Part shown: piece by piece, positions 47,225-54,901 of the stretch | Numbering within the stretch: the first letter of the stretch is position 1 | How the letters are laid out: each line of letters begins with the position of its first letter | Made by a program: the position numbers and the translations under genes | Virus record (IMG/VR): IMGVR_UViG_3300025168_000050 | Strand: one strand, 5' to 3' | DNA length: 64,000 nt | Origin: an uncultured virus (IMG/VR IMGVR_UViG_3300025168_000050) | Taxonomy: Duplodnaviria > Heunggongvirae > Uroviricota > Caudoviricetes | Notes under the pieces: generated by a model | Seen by the model: only the letters and a program-made list of their open reading frames with translations | Databases searched by the model: none | Told to the model about the DNA's origin: nothing

Positions 47225-47285
47225 AGTAATGGTAACTCGACGGTTTCATTAGCCGAAGCTGAAGGTTCGATTCCTTCACCCGCTA
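47215..47285 (+). tRNA. tRNA-Met (CAT), initiator-like
   Basis: Acceptor CGCGGGT/ACCCGCT (C1:T72 mismatch), D-arm GAGT-AATGGTA-ACTC, anticodon arm CGGT-TTCATTA-GCCG, T-arm GAAGG-TTCGATT-CCTTC. No encoded CCA. Confidence 0.85.
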
Positions 47286-47308
47286 CTAAATTTAATAAAT
47301 AAAGAATA

Positions 47309-47644
47309 ATGGCAATAACTAATAATACGAAACTTATAGGAGCAATAAAAAATCAACATGTTTCAACATCCCCAGGACTTGGTTGTGGGGCAATACTCGT
47401 CCCAGCGGGACATCCATTACCGGCAGGAGATTATGTAATGATTAAACCATGGACAAGTTCTGGAAGTACAGTACTAAGCAATATTGTATGGAAAGGAGAA
47501 CCTTGGGCAGATGCAACTAGCTCTTCATATTCAGGTCTAACAACTATAACTTTTGATAACCGAGTAATTATGGAATATGAAATGAATATTGAATCTTGTG
47601 ATGTAACAGGATCACCTGCTCTTTTTTACAAAAGATGTAAATAA
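47309..47644 (+). CDS. Hypothetical protein (beta-rich, possibly structural)
   Basis: 111-aa ORF with an A-rich leader. Confidence 0.6.
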   Translation: MAITNNTKLIGAIKNQHVSTSPGLGCGAILVPAGHPLPAGDYVMIKPWTSSGSTVLSNIVWKGEPWADATSSSYSGLTTITFDNRVIMEYEMNIESCDVTGSPALFYKRCK

Positions 47645-47647
47645 AAC

Positions 47648-47851
47648 ATGATAGACAAAGACCTAGTTAAAAAACTAATAGATAAATATGATTTACCAGA
47701 CTTTGTAATAGAAAGTATAGTTAAGTCACAGTTTAAGTTTGTTCAAAATAAGATTGAAGAAGGTAAATGCGCTAAGGTAAGATTACATCACTTTGGAGTA
47801 TTTAAAGTAAAACCAAAAAGATTGTATATAATAAATAAAGAAACTAGCTAA
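47648..47851 (+). CDS. IHF/HU-like DNA-binding protein
   Basis: Helical N-terminus followed by 'KVRLHHFGVFKVK', matching the HU/IHF 'V.L.GFG.F' pattern. Confidence 0.7.
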   Translation: MIDKDLVKKLIDKYDLPDFVIESIVKSQFKFVQNKIEEGKCAKVRLHHFGVFKVKPKRLYIINKETS

Positions 47852-48105
47852 TGCCAGTAGTACAGATAGGAGGAGACCCAGTAGAAGCACTGAGACTGTT
47901 AAAAGCTCAGAAAAGCGAATTAGAAAGTAAAAAATCAGCTTCAGATCTAATGAGAGATGAAAAAGGGATTAGAGCTTATGAGTCAGGAGTAAAACAAAAA
48001 GAAAACGAAATGGATCAACTTGCATCTGGACAACCTATGCCTACAGTTCCTGGTTTTAATGATTATATAGTAAACAACCTTGTAAAACCAGTAGGATTTG
48101 TATAA
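47851..48105 (+). CDS. Hypothetical protein
   Basis: 84 aa, TAATG-coupled on both sides. Confidence 0.6.
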   Translation: MPVVQIGGDPVEALRLLKAQKSELESKKSASDLMRDEKGIRAYESGVKQKENEMDQLASGQPMPTVPGFNDYIVNNLVKPVGFV

Positions 48106-49136
48106 TGGCAGCATTAATAAACATACCAGGAGTTGGGATTATATCAATGGATACTCAAGCTGATGTAGATAATGCTAATAGTTTCTTAGATATTGTTTTA
48201 TTAAGAGGTAGTATTGTGCATACTAATATGGATAGTGAGGCTGAAGGGTCTTTAATAGACCCTTTTATTAACACTGAAGACCTTTCAATAAATGGTATGG
48301 GCTATAATACAGCTAAACTAAAAGGATATACTCAAGTTGAATGGGATGCTATATTTGGAACTAATAGTACATTTAAGCCTTCACAAAATACAATACCTAC
48401 TTCTGTAAATGCTACATCAACTATTGTAGATCAAAGTAAAGCCCAAAAAGCTAGAGCTGCTAGATTAGCACCTCCTCCGAGTTGGGTAACATATTCCTGC
48501 CTTTCAACTGTTTTACAATTTAATCTTTTTGATTGTTTTAAATCAAGCGGTGCTTGTAATGGTAATAATGCAGATGGAAGTATAGTTTGGAGTATACACT
48601 GTGCCGATCCATTACCAGCCCAAACTGGACCAAATGCATATTATGAATGGTCTGTTATAGATAGCCTTGGTACTGTTGTACATGCTGGAATATATGATGG
48701 AGGAGCAGGTACTGTTACAGAATCAGTAGGATCAGGAGTAATTACTAGTCTGCCTCCAAGTTCTTTTACTCAAAGTAATTTTCAAACTAATGGTTTACTT
48801 CCAGGTAATTATACTTGTAGTATTTTTAACTTTACTGGAGGAGGAAATACTTATGGAACTTATAATATCTCAGGAGTAGTATTAGGAAGTACACCACTAA
48901 ATTGTATACCAGGAGATCCTAATTATGATGTTAGTTGTTGCCCTCCTATTATTTATGGATGTACAGATCCAGCGGCTACTAATTATGACCCAACTGCAAC
49001 TAATGATGATGGTAGTTGTACATATCCTCCACCGCCACCACCACCGCCTGCAGGAAATCCACCTATGCAAGAAGATGGTTGTCCGTGTGAAGGGGCACAA
49101 AATTGTGAAGAATGTGGAGATAATGGAAATTATTAA
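48105..49136 (+). CDS. Cys/Pro-rich protein with GCTD-NY-DDGSC module (possible virion surface protein)
   Basis: 'GCTDPAATNYDPTATNDDGSCTY', a poly-Pro linker, and an Ig/SprB-like 'GLLPGNYTCSI' segment. Confidence 0.6.
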   Translation: MAALINIPGVGIISMDTQADVDNANSFLDIVLLRGSIVHTNMDSEAEGSLIDPFINTEDLSINGMGYNTAKLKGYTQVEWDAIFGTNSTFKPSQNTIPTSVNATSTIVDQSKAQKARAARLAPPPSWVTYSCLSTVLQFNLFDCFKSSGACNGNNADGSIVWSIHCADPLPAQTGPNAYYEWSVIDSLGTVVHAGIYDGGAGTVTESVGSGVITSLPPSSFTQSNFQTNGLLPGNYTCSIFNFTGGGNTYGTYNISGVVLGSTPLNCIPGDPNYDVSCCPPIIYGCTDPAATNYDPTATNDDGSCTYPPPPPPPPAGNPPMQEDGCPCEGAQNCEECGDNGNY

Positions 49137-49147
49137 AATAAAAGAAT

Positions 49148-49687
49148 ATGTCATTATTTGATTTAAAAAATGGAAATATAGTACTTAACCCTGATTCATT
49201 AGCTTTACCATGTTTTCATAAGATATGGAAAAGGGATAAGACAAAAGAAAAAGAAAAGGCTACACAAGAAATATCATATGTATACTTTATGTGTGATTAT
49301 AACAGCCCTTATGCAGTGTATCCTGCAAATAAAAAGAGGCAAGTAGTAGTAGATGATTTTATAGGTGATAAAAAATGGAAAGAAACGCCGGAAATTTTAT
49401 TAGCTATGAAAACATATAAAGAACTCCAGGAGACTCACACAATGAGACTCATGAGAGCGGCTAAAGGAGCATCAGATAAATTAGCTGGATATTTTGAGAA
49501 CATAGATTTTCTCAGAATGGATGATAATGGTAAACCTATTTATACTGCTAAAGATGTAGCATATAATTTAGAAAAAGTAGGAACCATTGTAGATAGTTTA
49601 GATAAACTAGAAACACGAATTAAAAAAGAAGTTAGAACAGATTCTCGTGTTCGTGGAGGAGGAGAAATTGGAATGTTTGAACGTTAA
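49148..49687 (+). CDS. Conserved crAss-like protein upstream of terminase (possible small terminase)
   Basis: 'IWKRDKTKEKEKA..EISYVYFMCDYNSPY' and C-terminal 'RVRGG'. The TerS role is inference only. Confidence 0.5.
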   Translation: MSLFDLKNGNIVLNPDSLALPCFHKIWKRDKTKEKEKATQEISYVYFMCDYNSPYAVYPANKKRQVVVDDFIGDKKWKETPEILLAMKTYKELQETHTMRLMRAAKGASDKLAGYFENIDFLRMDDNGKPIYTAKDVAYNLEKVGTIVDSLDKLETRIKKEVRTDSRVRGGGEIGMFER

Positions 49688-49705
49688 ATAAAAAAATAAG
49701 AAATT

Positions 49706-50092
49706 ATGGGATGTGGATGTAATAAAAATAAAAAACCTGCAGCAAATCAGAGTTATTCAGCTAAAATAAATTCTAGATTAGGATTTGATAGTGTACCTAA
49801 TTCTAAAGATTTTCCTGCTACACCGATAAAGACAGAAGAGAAAGTAGAACCTAAATCTCCATCTTTATTTGCTAAAGCTTTGAATTTAGGAGAGGCTTTA
49901 GCAAACCATGTAGCAGATGGAATGAGTAAAGTCACTAAAGAACAAATGGCAGATAGATTAAGTGTATGCCAAAGGTGTCCATTTATATCAGGCGGGAATT
50001 GTACAAAATGTGGTTGTATATTATCAGTAAAAGCTGGATGGAAAACATCTGAATGCCCTGATAACAGATGGCCTATATTAATAGAAAAATAA
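49706..50092 (+). CDS. Cys-rich Zn-binding protein (DUF6171-like)
   Basis: N-terminal 'MGCGC' and 'RLSVCQRCP...CTKCGC..K......CP..RW'. Confidence 0.6.
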   Translation: MGCGCNKNKKPAANQSYSAKINSRLGFDSVPNSKDFPATPIKTEEKVEPKSPSLFAKALNLGEALANHVADGMSKVTKEQMADRLSVCQRCPFISGGNCTKCGCILSVKAGWKTSECPDNRWPILIEK

Positions 50093-50100
50093 AAATAATA

Positions 50101-50310
50101 ATGGAAGAAATATTTCAACTTATAGAAGGTTATGGATTACCTTTAGTGTTATTGCTAGGAGCATTATACGCTTTATATAGATTCTTAGTATTTTCGTTAT
50201 ATGAAGTGAAGAATCAATTTTCACGTCATCACGAAAGGGCGGCTGATAATATGACAGAACTAAAAAAGAAAATAGATATAATTTTAGAATATATAAGAAA
50301 TACAAAATGA
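50101..50310 (+). CDS. Single-TM holin-like protein
   Basis: Probable start at ATG 50101. 'YGLPLVLLLGALYALYRFLVF' followed by a coiled tail, near the endolysin. Confidence 0.45.
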   Translation: MEEIFQLIEGYGLPLVLLLGALYALYRFLVFSLYEVKNQFSRHHERAADNMTELKKKIDIILEYIRNTK

Positions 50311-50311
50311 T

Positions 50312-50557
50312 ATGGCAATTACAAGGAAACAATTAGTAGAGCATTATGGGTTTAGACCTACTAAGGATAATAAAAAACTATTAACCCGAAAAGTAGGAGG
50401 AGAAGAAACAATAGATGTATATGGAAACGTATTATTTTATCATGGAAAGGCAATCTTAACATTAGAATGGATGCCATCCGAGATGTTTTCCAGATATTTA
50501 GAAAAAATGATAAGTAGTGTTAAAAAGAAAATGAAATATGCCGAGAGAGAAATATGA
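50312..50557 (+). CDS. Hypothetical protein
   Basis: 81-aa ORF in a tight operon. Confidence 0.55.
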   Translation: MAITRKQLVEHYGFRPTKDNKKLLTRKVGGEETIDVYGNVLFYHGKAILTLEWMPSEMFSRYLEKMISSVKKKMKYAEREI

Positions 50558-50774
50558 TCAAGAAATATTAGATGAAGCTATGCGAAATGCATATGCTATT
50601 GTAACTGGAAAATTTACATTAGAAACTTTAATGGATCTGTCCGAAGAAGTAGCATTACCATTTAATATAGAAAAAGAAAAGCCCGATTATGATGCAATGA
50701 TCGAGTATTTTATAGAGACGGAAGAATATGAAAAGTGCGAACAGTTAGTAAAATTAAAAAATGAATCAGAATAA
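50538..50774 (+). CDS. Hypothetical protein with UVR-like 'EEYEKC' motif (paralog of 25911..26276)
   Basis: 'MIEYFIETEEYEKCEQLVK'. Confidence 0.6.
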   Translation: MPREKYDQEILDEAMRNAYAIVTGKFTLETLMDLSEEVALPFNIEKEKPDYDAMIEYFIETEEYEKCEQLVKLKNESE

Positions 50775-50859
50775 ACAACAAGAAATTATAGGATGGAAAA
50801 TAGTATTTATATACTTACTTGTAATGGTATTAGTTTATTTGGTTGGAACAATTATTTAA
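50761..50859 (+). CDS. Single-TM micropeptide (32 aa; not in ORF track)
   Basis: MNQNKQQEIIGWKIVFIYLLVMVLVYLVGTII. Fills the gap before the two-TM gene. Confidence 0.45.
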   Translation: MNQNKQQEIIGWKIVFIYLLVMVLVYLVGTII

Positions 50860-50862
50860 ATA

Positions 50863-51087
50863 ATGGGAGATTTTAAAAATATATTTAAAAATAGTAATGA
50901 TTATAATGAGAAAACTATAATAGGTTTTATAGCGTTTGTTATTATGATCTTAATAATGTTAGCCGATCTTATTACAGGTTGGATAGGAAAAGATTTAGTA
51001 ATTAATGAATTTGTATATGACTCATTCCTATTCCTAGTATTAGGATGTTTTGGGATTGCAGGCATAGAAAAATTCGCAAAAAAATAA
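50863..51087 (+). CDS. Two-TM holin-like protein
   Basis: Two hydrophobic helices and a basic C-terminus 'EKFAKK', upstream of the endolysin. Confidence 0.55.
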   Translation: MGDFKNIFKNSNDYNEKTIIGFIAFVIMILIMLADLITGWIGKDLVINEFVYDSFLFLVLGCFGIAGIEKFAKK

Positions 51088-51091
51088 AATT

Positions 51092-51256
51092 ATGGCAGGA
51101 GAAGCAAAAGAATTTTTACACTCTGATGAGTTAAGTGAATGGGATACAGTATTTGATCCAGGTGGTAAACAAGAATATACTGAAGAACAATTAATACGCT
51201 TTGCAGAAATGTGGGCAGATATAAAACTAAAAAAAGATAATAATGAAAAAATGTGA
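51092..51256 (+). CDS. Small acidic hypothetical protein (54 aa; not in ORF track)
   Basis: MAGEAKEFLHSDELSEWDTVFDPGGKQEYTEEQLIRFAEMWADIKLKKDNNEKM. Confidence 0.5.
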   Translation: MAGEAKEFLHSDELSEWDTVFDPGGKQEYTEEQLIRFAEMWADIKLKKDNNEKM

Positions 51257-51413
51257 ATGTGGACAAACAAGTAATGTGGATGGATGGTGTGATGGCACTC
51301 ATCAAAAAATTAAAAGTACTATTACAAAGGTTAAAGAAGCAGTATGTAAAGGAGTCTGTAAAATTACAGGAAACAAAATCCAACTTGGATGGTGTGGAAC
51401 TAAATGCTGTTAA
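51243..51413 (+). CDS. CDGSH-type iron-sulfur microprotein (56 aa; not in ORF track)
   Basis: MKKCECGQTSNVDGWCDGTHQK...CKGVC...WCGTKCC, containing a CxC...CDGTH motif. Its stop is 1 nt before the endolysin ATG. Confidence 0.7.
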   Translation: MKKCECGQTSNVDGWCDGTHQKIKSTITKVKEAVCKGVCKITGNKIQLGWCGTKCC

Positions 51414-51414
51414 A

Positions 51415-51933
51415 ATGACAAAAATAAGTGATCATGTAAGTTATAAAGAAGGTATTTATAGTGCTACTGCTTTACGAAAAGGAATAGAGAATACTCCTGG
51501 TCCAGATCAGTTAAAATGTATGATGGAAATTGCAGAGAATGTATTTGAACCTTTAAGAGAATGGGTAGGGGGACCTATAAAGATTAATAGTTTTTTTAGA
51601 GGTAAAAAATTAAATACTGCTATTGGGGGATCTAAAACTTCTCAACATATGAAAGGACAGGCTATGGATATAGATGATACATTTGGACATAAAACAAATG
51701 CTGAAATGTACTACTATATAAAAGATAATTTAGTATTCGATCAAATGATCTGGGAGTTTGGAGATGATTATAACCCTAATTGGTTACATGTTAGTTTTGT
51801 TACTCATAGAAAAAACAGAAAGAAATTAACTGTTGCATATAAAGATGAGTTTGGAAAAACTAAATACATGCATACAGAAAAACATGAGACTAGAACCGGA
51901 GGATTATCTCCAGATTGCGGACCAAGAATATGA
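51415..51933 (+). CDS. Endolysin, peptidase M15 family (true start 51415)
   Basis: 'INSFFR', 'LNTAIGGSKTSQHMKGQAMD', 'FDQMIWE', 'WLHVSF'. Confidence 0.85.
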   Translation: MTKISDHVSYKEGIYSATALRKGIENTPGPDQLKCMMEIAENVFEPLREWVGGPIKINSFFRGKKLNTAIGGSKTSQHMKGQAMDIDDTFGHKTNAEMYYYIKDNLVFDQMIWEFGDDYNPNWLHVSFVTHRKNRKKLTVAYKDEFGKTKYMHTEKHETRTGGLSPDCGPRI

Positions 51934-52481
51934 AAAGAATAGGAGAATATGTATTTGAATGGGTAACTAGATTTAGGTCATATGTTTACTTTAAAAAGAT
52001 TGATGCATCTACATCTGTCAAAGTTATTGTTATAGATGAAGATGGTAAATTAGGAACTAATTATGTTGCAGGACCAAGAGGAAATCAAGGCCCTAAAGGA
52101 GACACTGGCGATAGAGGGGCACAAGGCGACCAAGGTATACAAGGAATACAAGGAATTCAGGGGATACAAGGTATCCAAGGTGATAGAGGAACTCAAGGCG
52201 CTACAGGATCTCGTGGAGCAACAGGAACAACAGGAAGTCAAGGAGCAACAGGTGCCAAGGGAGATACAGGAGACCAAGGTATTCAGGGTATTCAGGGTGT
52301 TAGAGGAGATACCGGAGCACAAGGTACCCCAGGAGTTAATGGTGTATTAGATATAACTTCTGGCTTTGCAGCAGCGTTAGCAGTAACTGAAAGTAGAGGT
52401 ATTTATACATTAACAATTAACGTTACTAATAGAAGCATTGTAGGTTTTGGTACTAAATCAGTAGCATTTACACTGAGATAA
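51930..52481 (+). CDS. Collagen-like (Gly-X-Y) repeat protein
   Basis: About 30 consecutive GXY triplets (GIQ, GDT, GAT). The ATG at 51930 overlaps the preceding TGA. Confidence 0.8.
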   Translation: MKRIGEYVFEWVTRFRSYVYFKKIDASTSVKVIVIDEDGKLGTNYVAGPRGNQGPKGDTGDRGAQGDQGIQGIQGIQGIQGIQGDRGTQGATGSRGATGTTGSQGATGAKGDTGDQGIQGIQGVRGDTGAQGTPGVNGVLDITSGFAAALAVTESRGIYTLTINVTNRSIVGFGTKSVAFTLR

Positions 52482-52495
52482 AAAATAATATAATA

Positions 52496-52828
52496 ATGAC
52501 ATATTTAGAAGCAAGAGAAAACACAACAGTTAATAGACTATTTAATCATGATTCTGTGCCGGGTAATATAGAATTACCTTATCAGAATGATAAAGATATT
52601 AGATTTTTAAGAATAACTAATATAACACCTTTACCTTTAATATTAGATATATATGTAGAAGGTAAGCCTCCCCAAAGTCTAAAATATTATGTATGTAAAG
52701 ATATTACTATTAACAATGGAGCAAGTTTAGAATTTAATGAAGATGATATTTTTATAGCCCCTGGATATAAATTAATGGTAAAAACACCAGTTGCTAATTC
52801 TTTTTCTGCAATATATAGATTAAAATAA
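52496..52828 (+). CDS. Hypothetical beta-rich protein (possibly structural)
   Basis: 110-aa ORF directly upstream of TerL. Confidence 0.6.
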   Translation: MTYLEARENTTVNRLFNHDSVPGNIELPYQNDKDIRFLRITNITPLPLILDIYVEGKPPQSLKYYVCKDITINNGASLEFNEDDIFIAPGYKLMVKTPVANSFSAIYRLK

Positions 52829-52829
52829 T

Positions 52830-54842
52830 ATGAATCATTTTCAGATAGTACCCAGCTTTGTTAACACAAGAGAATTTTCTTGTGAGGCTAAATCATTTAT
52901 AAAAAATGGTTATTATACTAATTCGCCTGCAGGTACATATGCCTATAGAGAATATTGGGAAGAGCAGACTCGTAGATGTATGGAAGGTTTTGAAGTAGGA
53001 GGAGTTAGAATTACAGGTGCTCACTATTTTTATTTAAACTTTACACAGATAAAAGCAACAGTTAAGCAAGGAAAAATAGAAAGAAAAGTATTAACATTTC
53101 CATCTTTTCTAGATATGGATTACTATTATTTTATGGAATGTGAAATAGCTAGAGAAAATGGACAAGGAATTATCGTAGCCAAAGCAAGACGAAAAGGATT
53201 CTCATATAAAAATGGAGCACTATGTGTATATCAATATAATTTTTACAGAGACTCTACAAGTATAATAGGTGCATATTTAAATGAATATTCTAATGCAACT
53301 ATGAGTATGGCATTTGAAATGTTAAACTTTATTAATAAACATACAGCATGGGCAAAACGTAGAAATCCTGATAGAAGAGATTTTGTAAAAGCTAGATTTA
53401 AAGAAGTTGTGGACGGGCAAGAAGTTTGGAATGGATATAACAGTGAGATATTTACACTAACATTTAAAGATAACTTCTCAGCAGCTATTGGTAAAACTGC
53501 AGATCTAATGTTATTTGAAGAAGCGGGAAAATTCCCTAATTTAATAAATGCTTATATGGTAACGGCACCAGTATTTAGAGACGGTAATGTTATGATTGGT
53601 ATGCCATTAATATTTGGTACAGGGGGTGATATGGATGGAGGATCAAATGATTTTGCTGAAATGTTTTATAACCCAGAAAAGTATTGGTTAAGGGCTTATG
53701 AAAATATTTGGGATGATGGAGGTGCTGGAACAAATGCTGGATTCTTTATTGATGATATGTGGTATAAGCCCGGAAAGGTAACTATGCCAGATGGAGAAGT
53801 TGTTAATATGGTAGATGATCAAGGGAATTCAAATAGAGAAGCAGCTGAAGTATTTTTAGATCAAGAACGTCAGATTTTAAAAACTACAGATTCAAGATCT
53901 ACATGGGAAAAATATATTACACAATCTCCTAAAACACCTAGAGAAGCATTCTTAAAAACAAGCGGAAATATATTTCCTACTATTGAACTTAATACATGGT
54001 TAGCAGAAATTGAAACTACAAAAAAGGCACAAGATCTAGCTATGGTAGGAGAGTTGTATTGGGAAAAAGATAAAGTAAAATGGATGCCTAATAATGAACT
54101 TAAGCCTATTAATAAGTTTCCATTAAAACCTAATGAAGATAAAACAGGATGTATTGTTATATGGGAACATCCATACCATGATAAAACATCAGATGAAATT
54201 CCATTTGGATTATACATAGGAGGTACCGATCCTTATGACCAGGATAATTCTACAACTAGTTCTCTTGGAAGTACTTTTATATATAAGACATTCCAAAAAT
54301 TTGATAAAACATATAATCTACCAGTAGCAGAATATACAGGTAGACCAGAGACCGCAAAAGAATATTATGAGAATATAAGAAAACTTCTTACATATTATAA
54401 TGCGCAAACCTTGTATGAGAATAACTTAAAAGGTTTGAAGATATACTTTGAGCAGAAAAAATCTTTACATTTATTAAAATCTCAACCAAGTATATTAAAA
54501 GATATAGTAAATAGATCTACAGTATCTAGAGGGTATGGAGTACACATGAGTGAGCCTATTAAGATACAATCTGAGATTTATTTGAGAGATTGGTTGTTAG
54601 AAAAAAGAGCGGATACAGATGAAGGGGATAAATTAAACCTACATTCTATTTTATCTATTCCGCTACTAAAAGAATTAATTGCTTATGATAAACAGGGTAA
54701 CTTTGATAGGGCAATAGCGTTTATGCTTTGTATTCTACATAGCCATGAAAACTATCATATAGATCTAGAAAGTCAGTTCGATCATGGACAAAGTGATAAA
54801 TTCTGGCGTACAAACCACTTTAAAAAAAGAAAAGTATGGTAA
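52830..54842 (+). CDS. terL: Terminase large subunit
   Basis: 'KARRKGFSYK' Walker A, 'LFEEAG' Walker B, 'FGTGG', nuclease 'GGTDPY', 'YENN', 'GNFDR'. No intron or intein visible. Confidence 0.93.
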   Translation: MNHFQIVPSFVNTREFSCEAKSFIKNGYYTNSPAGTYAYREYWEEQTRRCMEGFEVGGVRITGAHYFYLNFTQIKATVKQGKIERKVLTFPSFLDMDYYYFMECEIARENGQGIIVAKARRKGFSYKNGALCVYQYNFYRDSTSIIGAYLNEYSNATMSMAFEMLNFINKHTAWAKRRNPDRRDFVKARFKEVVDGQEVWNGYNSEIFTLTFKDNFSAAIGKTADLMLFEEAGKFPNLINAYMVTAPVFRDGNVMIGMPLIFGTGGDMDGGSNDFAEMFYNPEKYWLRAYENIWDDGGAGTNAGFFIDDMWYKPGKVTMPDGEVVNMVDDQGNSNREAAEVFLDQERQILKTTDSRSTWEKYITQSPKTPREAFLKTSGNIFPTIELNTWLAEIETTKKAQDLAMVGELYWEKDKVKWMPNNELKPINKFPLKPNEDKTGCIVIWEHPYHDKTSDEIPFGLYIGGTDPYDQDNSTTSSLGSTFIYKTFQKFDKTYNLPVAEYTGRPETAKEYYENIRKLLTYYNAQTLYENNLKGLKIYFEQKKSLHLLKSQPSILKDIVNRSTVSRGYGVHMSEPIKIQSEIYLRDWLLEKRADTDEGDKLNLHSILSIPLLKELIAYDKQGNFDRAIAFMLCILHSHENYHIDLESQFDHGQSDKFWRTNHFKKRKVW

Positions 54843-54869
54843 ACTAGTGGATTATTAAAATAAATTATA

Positions 54870-54877
54870 TATTTTTG
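54870..54877 (+). promoter_or_regulatory. TAnnTTTG -7 element upstream of portal
   Basis: TATTTTTG(TAGG), intergenic, with the same context as the 2372 site. Confidence 0.6.
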
Positions 54878-54901
54878 TAGGTTGAAAAACAGTACTGAAT
54901 A

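Noticed and set aside
47241..47255. Reading the tRNA anticodon as TCA (opal suppressor/Sec)
   Set aside because: Stem pairing CGGT/GCCG centres the 7-nt loop on CAT, and the acceptor stem is fMet-like.
51253..51414. N-terminal 54-aa extension of the endolysin in the ORF track (GTG start)
   Set aside because: It overlaps the CDGSH ORF in another frame, and the M15 domain begins at ATG 51415.
52050..52350. Alternative-frame ORFs 52063..52350 (+) and 52050..52322 (-)
   Set aside because: By-products of the collagen GXY codon periodicity.
39159..54842. Introns or inteins in polA, nrdJ or terL
   Set aside because: All three have normal lengths with contiguous motifs and no intein or homing-endonuclease signatures.
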